Of a stretch of 16,216 nt of DNA, positions 1 to 7,384 are shown one piece after another. Position 1 is the first letter of the stretch. Each line of letters begins with the position of its first letter. The notes under the pieces are model-generated. The model was not told where the DNA came from, made no database searches, and was given only the letters and a program-made list of their open reading frames with translations. Source of the DNA: Thermoproteota archaeon (GTDB lineage: Archaea; Thermoproteota; Thermoprotei; Gearchaeales; Gearchaeaceae); the NCBI GenBank assembly GCA_032249055.1, contig JAVVGP010000013.1:1-16216 (forward strand), written 5' to 3'. The position numbers were made by a program, and so were the translations under genes.

Positions 1-2
1 TA

Positions 3-596
3 AATCATTCCTTATGCTTAACTTTTTACATTAATGTTGAAAATGATGATGAATATAAAAAACGAATTTTCTCTGGACTAAATTATATTCCTTCGATATT
101 TAGTTTTACTACAAATATAAAAAATGAACTTGGAGAATTTTCCAGAACTTCTTTAGTAGAAGGAGTTAAATCACAATTAAAAAAAGAATTTGATATTAAT
201 TTTACTACTTCAGCATTAACTCCATATGAAAATCTTTTATTAAAATCTCACATCGAAAAGCATACAATGAGCGAATGGATATATGGATATAGAAATGTAA
301 GAAGCTTCCTATCTGGAAATGTTAAAAGTGTAACTATAAATACAAAAGAAGGATATTTAACAGTAATAGCTTCATCTAATAGAGGATTAATTATGAATAT
401 TTATATTACTGGTGATTTTTACATCTATCCTCCTGAAGCACTTAATGCGCTTGAAACTTCTTTGCAATTCGCTCCTACAGATGATAAATATATTCAAGAT
501 TGTATAGAAAGATATATAAAAGTCGGAAAGGTAAAGCTTTATGGTATAGATACTAACGATCTAGTGGAAGGAATCAAAAGAGCTGTCATTCAATAA
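3..596 (+). CDS. lplA: Lipoate-protein ligase A, 5'-truncated by the window edge (end of catalytic domain plus C-terminal accessory domain)
   Basis: Frame 3 is open from nt 3 to the TAA at 594-596. Hand translation of 3-266 gives NHSLCLTFYINVENDDEYKKRIFSGLNYIPSIFSFTTNIKNELGEFSRTSLVEGVKSQLKKEFDINFTTSALTPYENLLLKSHIEKHT, continuing into MSEWIYGYRNV. The SEWIYG segment matches the conserved SWEWN(F/Y)G junction of LplA, and the upstream part aligns with the LplA catalytic-domain end. The ATG at 267 in the ORF track is therefore an internal Met. Confidence 0.75.
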   Translation, partial: NHSLCLTFYINVENDDEYKKRIFSGLNYIPSIFSFTTNIKNELGEFSRTSLVEGVKSQLKKEFDINFTTSALTPYENLLLKSHIEKHTMSEWIYGYRNVRSFLSGNVKSVTINTKEGYLTVIASSNRGLIMNIYITGDFYIYPPEALNALETSLQFAPTDDKYIQDCIERYIKVGKVKLYGIDTNDLVEGIKRAVIQ

Positions 597-1280
597 TTTT
601 CTGGATAAATTTTTAGCAGTTTTTGTAGCTAATTCATGAGCTTTTAATAAAGGAAAAGGGTAACAGTTTCGAATACATTTAAAAAACACTTTTATACAAG
701 AATCCAAGTCAATTAAATTTCCTACGCTAATATAATAATCTTTATTACAAATTCTAATTACCTTTCCTAAAACTTCGTTTTCATATATAACATTTCCCAA
801 ATTTTCACTAATCCATTTAATGTTTCCTATCAATTTCTTTTTAGCAACACCTATTGTGGGCTTTTCAATCAAATATCCTACATAGCATGCTAAACCTGCT
901 TTATAAGGATGAAGTTTCCCATTACCATCTATTAAATAAACATCAGCATGATATTTTGTTTCTTTTATTAATTTTACCATATATGGACCTTCTCTTAAAA
1001 ATAACAAGGTAGGAATATAAGGAAAATTAACTGTAGTTATTTTTACTTTTTCTTCTATTACTTTATGATTAATAACATCGTAGATTACTATTGCAGTTAC
1101 TATTTTATTAGAAAAATAAGAACAATCCAAAGCAGCTACAGTTTGGAAATCCATCAATTTTTCTTCTTTAATCTTAGATGCAATGAATGTTTGAATTTCT
1201 CTTGCTTTTTTAATGTCACATTTAAATTCTTCAATTCTTTCTTCTATATTTTCCAAATATTCATGCGAAAATTCTTTCAT
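561..1280 (-). CDS. nfi: Endonuclease V (deoxyinosine 3' endonuclease)
   Basis: 239 aa with an ATG start. DVYLIDGNGKLHPYKAGLACYVGYLIEKPTIGVAKKKL matches the EndoV core (DGxGxxHPRxxGxAxHxGxxxxxPTIGVAK). AALDCSY resembles the catalytic Asp region. Confidence 0.9.
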   Translation of the reverse strand: MKEFSHEYLENIEERIEEFKCDIKKAREIQTFIASKIKEEKLMDFQTVAALDCSYFSNKIVTAIVIYDVINHKVIEEKVKITTVNFPYIPTLLFLREGPYMVKLIKETKYHADVYLIDGNGKLHPYKAGLACYVGYLIEKPTIGVAKKKLIGNIKWISENLGNVIYENEVLGKVIRICNKDYYISVGNLIDLDSCIKVFFKCIRNCYPFPLLKAHELATKTAKNLSRKLLNDSSFDSFH

Positions 1281-1291
1281 TTATATTTCAA

Positions 1292-1362
1292 AACTATTGA
1301 TTGAATAATTAATTTAAAATAGTTTGTTTTTCTTACAGTAAATAGTTATATTTTAAATAGTT
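1292..1362. repeat. Four copies of AATAGTT in the nfi / MBL divergent intergenic region
   Basis: AATAGTT occurs directly at 1318-1324, 1341-1347 and 1356-1362, each time in a (T/A)AAATAGTT(T/A) context. It also occurs inverted as AACTATT at 1292-1298. The last copy overlaps the likely TATA box (TTTTAAATAG) of the MBL gene. Confidence 0.3.
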
Positions 1363-1375
1363 TATCTTATTTGAT

Positions 1376-1993
1376 ATGGAAATCTTTAAACTTGTAGTAC
1401 CTCCTTTAGATAATAATGTATACATAGTTTATGATAAAGAAACAAAAGAAGGTTATGTAATAGATGTTGGATTAGGAGCAAACGAATTAGCTTCTTATAT
1501 AAAAACTCATAAAATAAAAATCCTAGGAATTTTGTTAACCCATGCACATATAGATCATTCTGCACATGCTTTTTTGCTAAGAAAACTAATTAATTCGAAA
1601 GTAATGATTCATTATGCAGACTATAATTTACTTAAGGAATTCTTTTCAAGGGATTATCCTTATATTGATGAAAAATTAGAATATGAAGAACCAGATTATT
1701 TGTTTAAAGATGGAGAAGAATTTAAATTTGGAAAGTATAGTTTAATTGTTATAGAAACTCCAGGTCATACACCTGGTTCTGTATGCTTTTATGAAAAAAA
1801 TGAAAAAGTATTATTTTCAGGTGATACTTTATTCGCTGGTACTTACGGAAGAGTAGATTTTCCTTATAGTGATGAAAATAAAATGATGGAAAGTTTAAGG
1901 AAACTTGCAAGATTGCCTAAGGAGGTTAAAGTTTATCCTGGTCACTATGAAGAAACTAAGATAGAGTATGAATATTGGTTACAAGAGATTTAA
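1376..1993 (+). CDS. MBL-fold metallo-hydrolase (glyoxalase II / hydroxyacylglutathione hydrolase-like)
   Basis: 205 aa. It carries the LTHAHIDH (HxHxDH) zinc motif, TPGHTPGS, SGDTLF and a C-terminal PGH, the typical order of beta-lactamase-fold ligands. Confidence 0.85.
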   Translation: MEIFKLVVPPLDNNVYIVYDKETKEGYVIDVGLGANELASYIKTHKIKILGILLTHAHIDHSAHAFLLRKLINSKVMIHYADYNLLKEFFSRDYPYIDEKLEYEEPDYLFKDGEEFKFGKYSLIVIETPGHTPGSVCFYEKNEKVLFSGDTLFAGTYGRVDFPYSDENKMMESLRKLARLPKEVKVYPGHYEETKIEYEYWLQEI

Positions 1994-2387
1994 GATTTCT
2001 TCCGATATAAAATAAATGAGATCTACATTTACAATCGCTACAACCGAATTTACTTACATATTTAAATTTATTGTTATAAAATATTTTTGATATATCACAT
2101 TCGTTTTTGTTTAATAATAAAATAAAACCTATTATAATTGCATTTTTATTTGTAATTAAATAATCTATATGCCAATGTTTTCTTTTTATTTTACTTAAAT
2201 ATCTTAAAATTCTTGATTTATATGTTTTCTTTGAAGATCCTATATATAAATAGTAACCTTTTTTAAAATCAATATCTCCAATTTTTCCTATTTTTGTTTT
2301 AAATTTTTTCTTAATTTTTATAATTAAAATGTATGATCCTTTTAATTTTAAAATATTATTAAAGTTATTTAAATAACCATTTTTCAT
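1956..2387 (-). CDS. DUF123 / GIY-YIG-like (Uri superfamily, COG1833-type) protein
   Basis: 143 aa. GYYLYIGSS...RILRYL...KHWHIDYL...FGCSDCKCRSHLFY matches my recollection of the DUF123 signature (GxYxYxGSA, RxxRH, HWHIDYL, GxSDCxCxSHLFY). The ATG at 2385-2387 lies 23 nt inside the 3' end of cofE. Confidence 0.75.
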   Translation of the reverse strand: MKNGYLNNFNNILKLKGSYILIIKIKKKFKTKIGKIGDIDFKKGYYLYIGSSKKTYKSRILRYLSKIKRKHWHIDYLITNKNAIIIGFILLLNKNECDISKIFYNNKFKYVSKFGCSDCKCRSHLFYIGRNLKSLVTNIHTLS

Positions 2388-3123
2388 ATGGCATATTTAA
2401 CTTACTTGCATCTTCATCTTCGTTTGTTAATATATTTAATCCTCGAATTATTGCAACAGGTATTCCCTCATCTCCTTGTCCCATAACCAATTCAGCTGCA
2501 GAAGCCAATTCGTCAGCTATTGCAATGTTTTTAACTTGTAAAATATATCCTGCTCTATCGGCTTTTCCTCTATAGTCTTTAAAGATTTTAACTCCAGAAG
2601 CTCCTATAGCTAAGTTTATTTGTCCTTCTCTTAAAGGTCTACCATAAGTATCTGAAATTATTATGCCTACTTTTTTCCCTGTCTTTTTTTCAATTTCATT
2701 CCTTATAATTCTTGCACTTTTATCAGGATCTTCAGGCAACAAAGTAACATATTCTCCTCCTTTTACATTAGATCTATCTATACCTGCATTTGCGCAAACA
2801 ATGCCATGTTTAGTTTCAACGATCAAATGACCAGCTGTTGCTTTAACAATTCTTTTAGATTCTCTTAATACTAGCTCAACAAATCTTGGATCTTTTTGAG
2901 TAATTTTAGATAATATTATGGCTTTTTGCGAAGGTATGACATTATTTAAATTAACTATTCTTCCTTCCCATTTTGAAATTATCTTTTGGGAAATAACTAT
3001 AATATCATTATCTTGAAGTTCGATATTTTCAGATTTTATTTTATCTAAAATTATTCCTACAAGATCATCATTTTCTTTTATTTCTGGTAAACCTTCAATT
3101 CCTATAATTTCAATTTTTTTCAT
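2365..3123 (-). CDS. cofE: Coenzyme F420-0:L-glutamate (gamma-glutamyl) ligase
   Basis: 252 aa. Matching segments are GLPEIKENDDL, IIVISQKIISKWEGRIV, NAGIDRSNV, IISDTYGRPLREGQINLAIGASG and ADELASAAELVMGQGDEGIPVAIIRG, all typical CofE blocks. There is no C-terminal nitroreductase-like extension. Confidence 0.9.
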   Translation of the reverse strand: MKKIEIIGIEGLPEIKENDDLVGIILDKIKSENIELQDNDIIVISQKIISKWEGRIVNLNNVIPSQKAIILSKITQKDPRFVELVLRESKRIVKATAGHLIVETKHGIVCANAGIDRSNVKGGEYVTLLPEDPDKSARIIRNEIEKKTGKKVGIIISDTYGRPLREGQINLAIGASGVKIFKDYRGKADRAGYILQVKNIAIADELASAAELVMGQGDEGIPVAIIRGLNILTNEDEDASKLNMPYEKWLFK

Positions 3124-3125
3124 TT

Positions 3126-3776
3126 TTAATTTTTTGTTATTTCTTTTATGTATTTAATGCTTTTTTTATTGATATTTAAAGTTTGAAAATATCTAAGTCT
3201 AATTATATCATCTAAATCTAAGCATATTCTTTCGTTGCTATAAATGGCTACACTATAATTATTATCTAAAGCATTTTTTAGATGTAATAAAAAACTACGT
3301 TTTCCTTCTCCAAATTCCAAACTTATTTTAACATAATTTCTTAGCATTAGAATATTTGTTCCTCCATCACAAGAAGGTCCTAATATAATTTCATAATTTT
3401 TTATAAGTTCTCTTAGGTTCTTGAAGTCTACAGGTTCTATTAATGGTAAATCTGAAGGAATTATTAAAGTTGCACCGTTTTCTTCTTTTTTCAAATGATT
3501 CAATGCAAATTCTAAAGCTTTATTTAATTCCTCTTTATTAATTAAAATTTCAATTTCTTTATATTTTTTAAATTCGCTTAAATCATCATAGCTTACTAAA
3601 TATATTTTATTTACCGATTGTGATAAAATACAACTATCTAATATATCTTCAAGCATCAATAAAGTAAGTGTTATTCGAGAATTTTCGTCTAAATATTTTA
3701 TTAATCTACTTTTGCTTTCGTTTAATTTTTTTAAGGGAATTAAAACATTAATTTTCATTTCATCATGTTTTCTCAA
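3126..3776 (-). CDS. cofC: 2-phospho-L-lactate (or PEP) guanylyltransferase
   Basis: 216 aa. Matching segments are INVLIPLKKLNESKSRL (IPxKxxxxxKSRL), IIPSDLPLI and PSCDGGTNILML. The second in-frame ATG at 3756-3758 (MKINVLIPLK) is a plausible true start and would remove the 14-nt overlap with the upstream gene. Confidence 0.8.
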   Translation of the reverse strand: MRKHDEMKINVLIPLKKLNESKSRLIKYLDENSRITLTLLMLEDILDSCILSQSVNKIYLVSYDDLSEFKKYKEIEILINKEELNKALEFALNHLKKEENGATLIIPSDLPLIEPVDFKNLRELIKNYEIILGPSCDGGTNILMLRNYVKISLEFGEGKRSFLLHLKNALDNNYSVAIYSNERICLDLDDIIRLRYFQTLNINKKSIKYIKEITKN

Positions 3777-4524
3777 TATTAAAGTGCTCTATTATTGTTT
3801 TTAATTTGTTTATATCTTCTATAGCTAGCCTTCCTATTGATATATAATCACTACCGCTCTTTAAAAATAAGTTAGCAGTGTCAATATCACGAATGGAATT
3901 TCCTCCTATTATTATAATATCTTTGTTTTGATTCCTTATTCTTTCTATAACGCTTATATCAGGTAAATTTAAATAAGGATGCATAGCATCTATATGAAAT
4001 ATTTTTACTCCAAAATCTTTGAATAATTTAACTAATCTAAGTTCATCAGTAACATTGGCTCTAAATTTAATAATTAAAGGAATGTTAACTTTATTTAAAT
4101 GTTTTTCCAGCCAATCTAATAATAATGCAGGATAAAGTGCAAAGTACTGTCCTCCCCCTCTAGAAATTATTTCAGGCTGTCTGCAATGGAGATTTAATTC
4201 AATAAAATCTACATATTTATTAGAGATTTCAATTGCTCTCAACAATCCTTCTTCTGTGGCAAACCTTGCATTAATTATAACAGGAGCCAAACCTCCTATA
4301 ATCTTTACCTCATTCTTAATATATTCTTCCAACATATTCATTTCTATTACGAATTCTTTTCTTCCTCTTTTAACCATTAACATAGAAGCTTCCATTGTTT
4401 CTCTATCAAAATCTATTCCTCCTAAGGTAACAGCTCCTGCACCTAATTCTGCAACCTTTCTACAGAATTTTCCATCTGTTATCCCTCCTAACGCAGCCAA
4501 TATAACCTTGTTTTTTAATCTCAT
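3763..4524 (-). CDS. Flavin (FMN)-type TIM-barrel oxidoreductase, Dus/NifR3- and class-1 DHOD-like (short archaeal NifR3-related type), function unknown
   Basis: 253 aa. LAALGGITD resembles Dus LAPMAGVTD. IELNLHCRQPE (Cys114, codon 4183-4185) resembles the ELNLSCPN active-site loop of class-1 dihydroorotate dehydrogenase. IIIGGNSIRD...YISIGR resembles the FMN phosphate-binding end of the barrel. There is no C-terminal helical tRNA-binding domain. The start ATG shares one nt with the cofD stop (TAATG, 4522-4526). Confidence 0.7.
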   Translation of the reverse strand: MRLKNKVILAALGGITDGKFCRKVAELGAGAVTLGGIDFDRETMEASMLMVKRGRKEFVIEMNMLEEYIKNEVKIIGGLAPVIINARFATEEGLLRAIEISNKYVDFIELNLHCRQPEIISRGGGQYFALYPALLLDWLEKHLNKVNIPLIIKFRANVTDELRLVKLFKDFGVKIFHIDAMHPYLNLPDISVIERIRNQNKDIIIIGGNSIRDIDTANLFLKSGSDYISIGRLAIEDINKLKTIIEHFNIEKT

Positions 4525-5447
4525 TATTTATAATAATGTTCTATGATAAATTTAGCTAATCTTATTCTATCTTCTTGGGTTTTTAATGAAATATTAGTTT
4601 TAACTAACTCCATATTTAATTTTTCAAGTCTCTCATCGTCTTCTTTTTCATCTACAATAAAAACATCTATAATATCTTCGTAAAGTTTTGCTACTTGATA
4701 TGCGCTAACCTCTAAACCTAAACTTTCCATTAATTTAGCAGCAGGGCCGCTGAAAGGTGAACCTTTAACAATAGGACTTACAGCAATTTTTTTAGCTTCA
4801 CTGCTGATTATAATGTTTCGCATTTTAGGTAAGCTTAATATTGGATTAATACTTGTAATAGGGTTGCTAGGTCCAATAATTATTAATTTAGACTTTAATA
4901 TTGCTTCTATTGCTTCATTAGGAATGCTTGCGTTTTCAATGTTTTCAAATATAACTGATTTTATTGGCATATTGCCTCTATGTAAAACCCAAAATTCTTG
5001 GAAATGTCTTTTTTTAATGCCATCAAATATGTATGTAGTAACTTTATCATTTGTCATAGGAATTATTTTGCAATCTATGTTAAGTTTTTCACATAAGAAC
5101 TTTGTAACTTCTGTTAATTTCATTCCAGATTTTAATAAATTAGTTCTTAAAACATGTATGGCTAAGTCCCTATCACCAATATGAAACCATGAATAGGTAG
5201 GAACAATTTTAGTTATCATTTCATGAAAGTTAAAAGTATCATTTTTTATTCCCCATCCTCTTTCTTCATCAAAAATTCCAGCTAAAGTATACATGACTGA
5301 GTCAACATCAGGACTTATATACAATCCGTAAATTTCTATATCATCTGCAGTATTAACAATTACATTTATTTCTTTTTGAGGGATAACTTTAGCTAAACCA
5401 TCTATTAGTTTTCTTGAACCTGTACCCCCACTTAATACGGTTAGCAA
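4524..5447 (-). CDS. cofD: LPPG:FO 2-phospho-L-lactate transferase
   Basis: 307 aa. Matching segments are LSGGTGSRKLIDGL, VNTADD, SPDVDSVMYTLAG, GWGIKNDTF and IIGPSNPITSI. The start codon is TTG (caa at 5445-5447 on the plus strand). There is no in-frame ATG before the essential GGTG motif. Confidence 0.9.
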   Translation of the reverse strand: MLTVLSGGTGSRKLIDGLAKVIPQKEINVIVNTADDIEIYGLYISPDVDSVMYTLAGIFDEERGWGIKNDTFNFHEMITKIVPTYSWFHIGDRDLAIHVLRTNLLKSGMKLTEVTKFLCEKLNIDCKIIPMTNDKVTTYIFDGIKKRHFQEFWVLHRGNMPIKSVIFENIENASIPNEAIEAILKSKLIIIGPSNPITSINPILSLPKMRNIIISSEAKKIAVSPIVKGSPFSGPAAKLMESLGLEVSAYQVAKLYEDIIDVFIVDEKEDDERLEKLNMELVKTNISLKTQEDRIRLAKFIIEHYYK

Positions 5448-5459
5448 TTTCTTATTATT

Positions 5460-5474
5460 TTTATATTTTATAAA
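5460..5474. promoter_or_regulatory. Shared symmetric TATA element in the 43-bp cofD / rhomboid divergent intergenic region
   Basis: TTTATA-TTT-TATAAA spans 5460-5474 and includes the self-complementary TTTATAAA at 5467-5474. It lies about 17-30 nt from the rhomboid ATG (5491) and about 13-27 nt from the cofD TTG (5447). It is the only TATA-like sequence available to either gene. Confidence 0.4.
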
Positions 5475-5490
5475 CTTAAGAATATTAAAT

Positions 5491-6168
5491 ATGTTAAGCG
5501 TAAGAGGATTTTTAAGTAGTCATACAAATAAGCTTATTTTAGCTAATATTTTGATGTTTATTTTTATAATAGTTACGTACAATTTTATATCTGTTTATTT
5601 TGGCAAAAGACTTTATCATGCAAATTCACCTTTAGATATAATTACGGGAAGAAGCATATCTGGTCTACAATTTCTTCTTTCCCAAGTAAATTATCTCGTA
5701 ATTAACGGCTTTTTATGGCAGTTGTTAACTTCAATGTTTATTCATATAGGTATAATTCATTTAACATTTAATATGGTTGCGCTTTACATTTTTGGAAATT
5801 TGGTAGAAAATGCATATGGTAAAAGGAATTTTTTACTAATATATTTTATCTCAGGATTTTCTGGAAACATAGCTACTTTATTTCTTCTTAAATATCTTCA
5901 ACCTATGGGTGATTTTATTCCTTCTGCAGGTGCTTCAGGAGCTATTTTTGGTTTAATAGGAGCTTATGCTATGCTAGGAAGATTAAGCGGAAGTTTCGCT
6001 GCAGGATTATCTTATGCTATAATTATTTTCCTTTTTTCTTCATTATTTCCTGGTGTAAATATTTTTGCTCATCTCTTTGGTTTATTAGGAGGATTAATTG
6101 TAGCTTTTTTCTTAACTAGAAAATTAAGAAAGCATGAAGAAATTATTTACGCTATTGATTATTATTAG
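5491..6168 (+). CDS. Rhomboid-family intramembrane serine protease
   Basis: 225 aa and multi-pass hydrophobic. It carries HIGIIHLTFNM (HxxxxHxxxN), GASGAIFGLIGAY (catalytic GxSG) and FAHLFGLLGG (catalytic His helix). Confidence 0.85.
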   Translation: MLSVRGFLSSHTNKLILANILMFIFIIVTYNFISVYFGKRLYHANSPLDIITGRSISGLQFLLSQVNYLVINGFLWQLLTSMFIHIGIIHLTFNMVALYIFGNLVENAYGKRNFLLIYFISGFSGNIATLFLLKYLQPMGDFIPSAGASGAIFGLIGAYAMLGRLSGSFAAGLSYAIIIFLFSSLFPGVNIFAHLFGLLGGLIVAFFLTRKLRKHEEIIYAIDYY

Positions 6169-7084
6169 CATATTTTAAAAAAGATACCATACATTTTAAT
6201 ATAACATAAGCAGCAAATTTTGAAGAATATCCTTCATCAAGTATAGGATTTATCTCTACGATATCAATTACTTTAACGTTTTTAATTTTTAGAAGTTCAT
6301 AAAGTAAATTTATTACCTCATGAGGATATAATCCATTAAAACTTAAAGAGTTAACACCTTTTATGTAATGCGCATCAATAACATCGAAATCTATGCTTAT
6401 ATATAGTGATTTCACATCTTCAAAAAATTCTTTAATTTCTTTTACTACACTTCTTTCCCTTATTTCTTCTACGATGTAAAATCTGATTTTATCCTTTGCT
6501 TTAAGAGCGTAATATTTAGAATTGTAAAAATCCCTTATGCCTAATTGTGCTACTTTTATATTGTTAACCTTATTTATTATTTTTCTTAAGAATGAACCAC
6601 TTGTATCATAATTTTCTTTTGTTTCTCTTATATCATGATGAGCATCGAAAATCAGTAAGCCCAGCGGGCCTTCTTTAATGTATTCTTTTAATGACAAAAA
6701 ACTTGGAAATGTTATACTATGATCTCCTCCCAATAATATAGCTAATTTCGATTTTTTGTAGATTTCGTAAGTAGCATTAAATATATGATTAATAGTAAAT
6801 TCATGGTCTGTATGAGAAACATTAATATCACCAAAATCGCATATTTTAAATGAAGCTAAATCTAAATTTTCATAATACGAATATGTATTTAAACTATAAA
6901 GATATTCTCTAATGTATTTTGGTGCATATCTTGCCCCTGGTCTTCCAAAAGTTAAAGAATCGTAAGGCACGCCTAAAATTGCTACATCGCAATCTTCTCT
7001 TGATTTTCTAATTATATGTTTAATTTTTATTTCATTTTCATCTATTTTTGATATATCATATACTGGTTCAATAAATACATCCAT
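6152..7084 (-). CDS. speB: Arginase-family ureohydrolase, most likely agmatinase
   Basis: 310 aa. The Mn-ligand motifs appear in the right order: GGDHSITFP, FDAHHD and SIDFDVID. Substrate (agmatine versus another guanidino compound) cannot be fixed from sequence alone. Confidence 0.75.
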   Translation of the reverse strand: MDVFIEPVYDISKIDENEIKIKHIIRKSREDCDVAILGVPYDSLTFGRPGARYAPKYIREYLYSLNTYSYYENLDLASFKICDFGDINVSHTDHEFTINHIFNATYEIYKKSKLAILLGGDHSITFPSFLSLKEYIKEGPLGLLIFDAHHDIRETKENYDTSGSFLRKIINKVNNIKVAQLGIRDFYNSKYYALKAKDKIRFYIVEEIRERSVVKEIKEFFEDVKSLYISIDFDVIDAHYIKGVNSLSFNGLYPHEVINLLYELLKIKNVKVIDIVEINPILDEGYSSKFAAYVILKCMVSFLKYANNNQ

Positions 7085-7128
7085 AAAATTATTTCTTTTT
7101 GAAACTTATAACTCCTAAAGCTTGAAAA

Positions 7129-7380
7129 TTAGCTTGAATCTAACTCTTTTTCCATATCTTCTTTAATTTTAATAATTTTTTCATAAAGTATATTAAGCAT
7201 TAGTTCACTTGAAAGAGGAGGCTCTACACGATCAACGTTTTCTATAAATCTATGAATATCTTCTATTTCTTTTGATACTGTTTTACCATTTTTTGATAAA
7301 ACAAGAACCAAAGTTCCTTTAGGTGTTAAATAAACTTTATCAAAACCAAATATTTCTTCTAAAAACTTTAACTCTTGCAT
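7129..7380 (-). CDS. Hypothetical 83-aa protein, no recognisable domain
   Basis: ATG start 4 nt downstream of the FrhB-like stop on the same strand. The charged, non-repetitive composition looks protein-like. Coding status is supported only by position and ORF length. Confidence 0.5.
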   Translation of the reverse strand: MQELKFLEEIFGFDKVYLTPKGTLVLVLSKNGKTVSKEIEDIHRFIENVDRVEPPLSSELMLNILYEKIIKIKEDMEKELDSS

Positions 7381-7384
7381 TATA

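Noticed and set aside
43-52. ATGATGATGA resembling a C box of a C/D box sRNA.
   Set aside because: It lies inside the lplA reading frame (encoding NDDE), with no CUGA D box or guide-like arrangement at the expected distance.
267-596. The ORF-track call of a separate 109-aa gene, which could be read as a split LplB-like C-terminal domain as in Thermoplasma.
   Set aside because: The same frame is open with LplA-like sequence from nt 3 up to the ATG at 267, so this is the internal Met of a single fused lplA truncated by the window edge.
1065-1304. 79-aa plus-strand ORF.
   Set aside because: It is antisense to the well-supported nfi gene, with low-complexity F/N/I-rich translation typical of a shadow ORF in AT-rich DNA.
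4256-5184. Plus-strand ORFs at 4256-4546 and 4813-5184.
   Set aside because: They are antisense shadows of the TIM-barrel gene and cofD. They have no recognisable motifs and hydrophobic low-complexity sequence.
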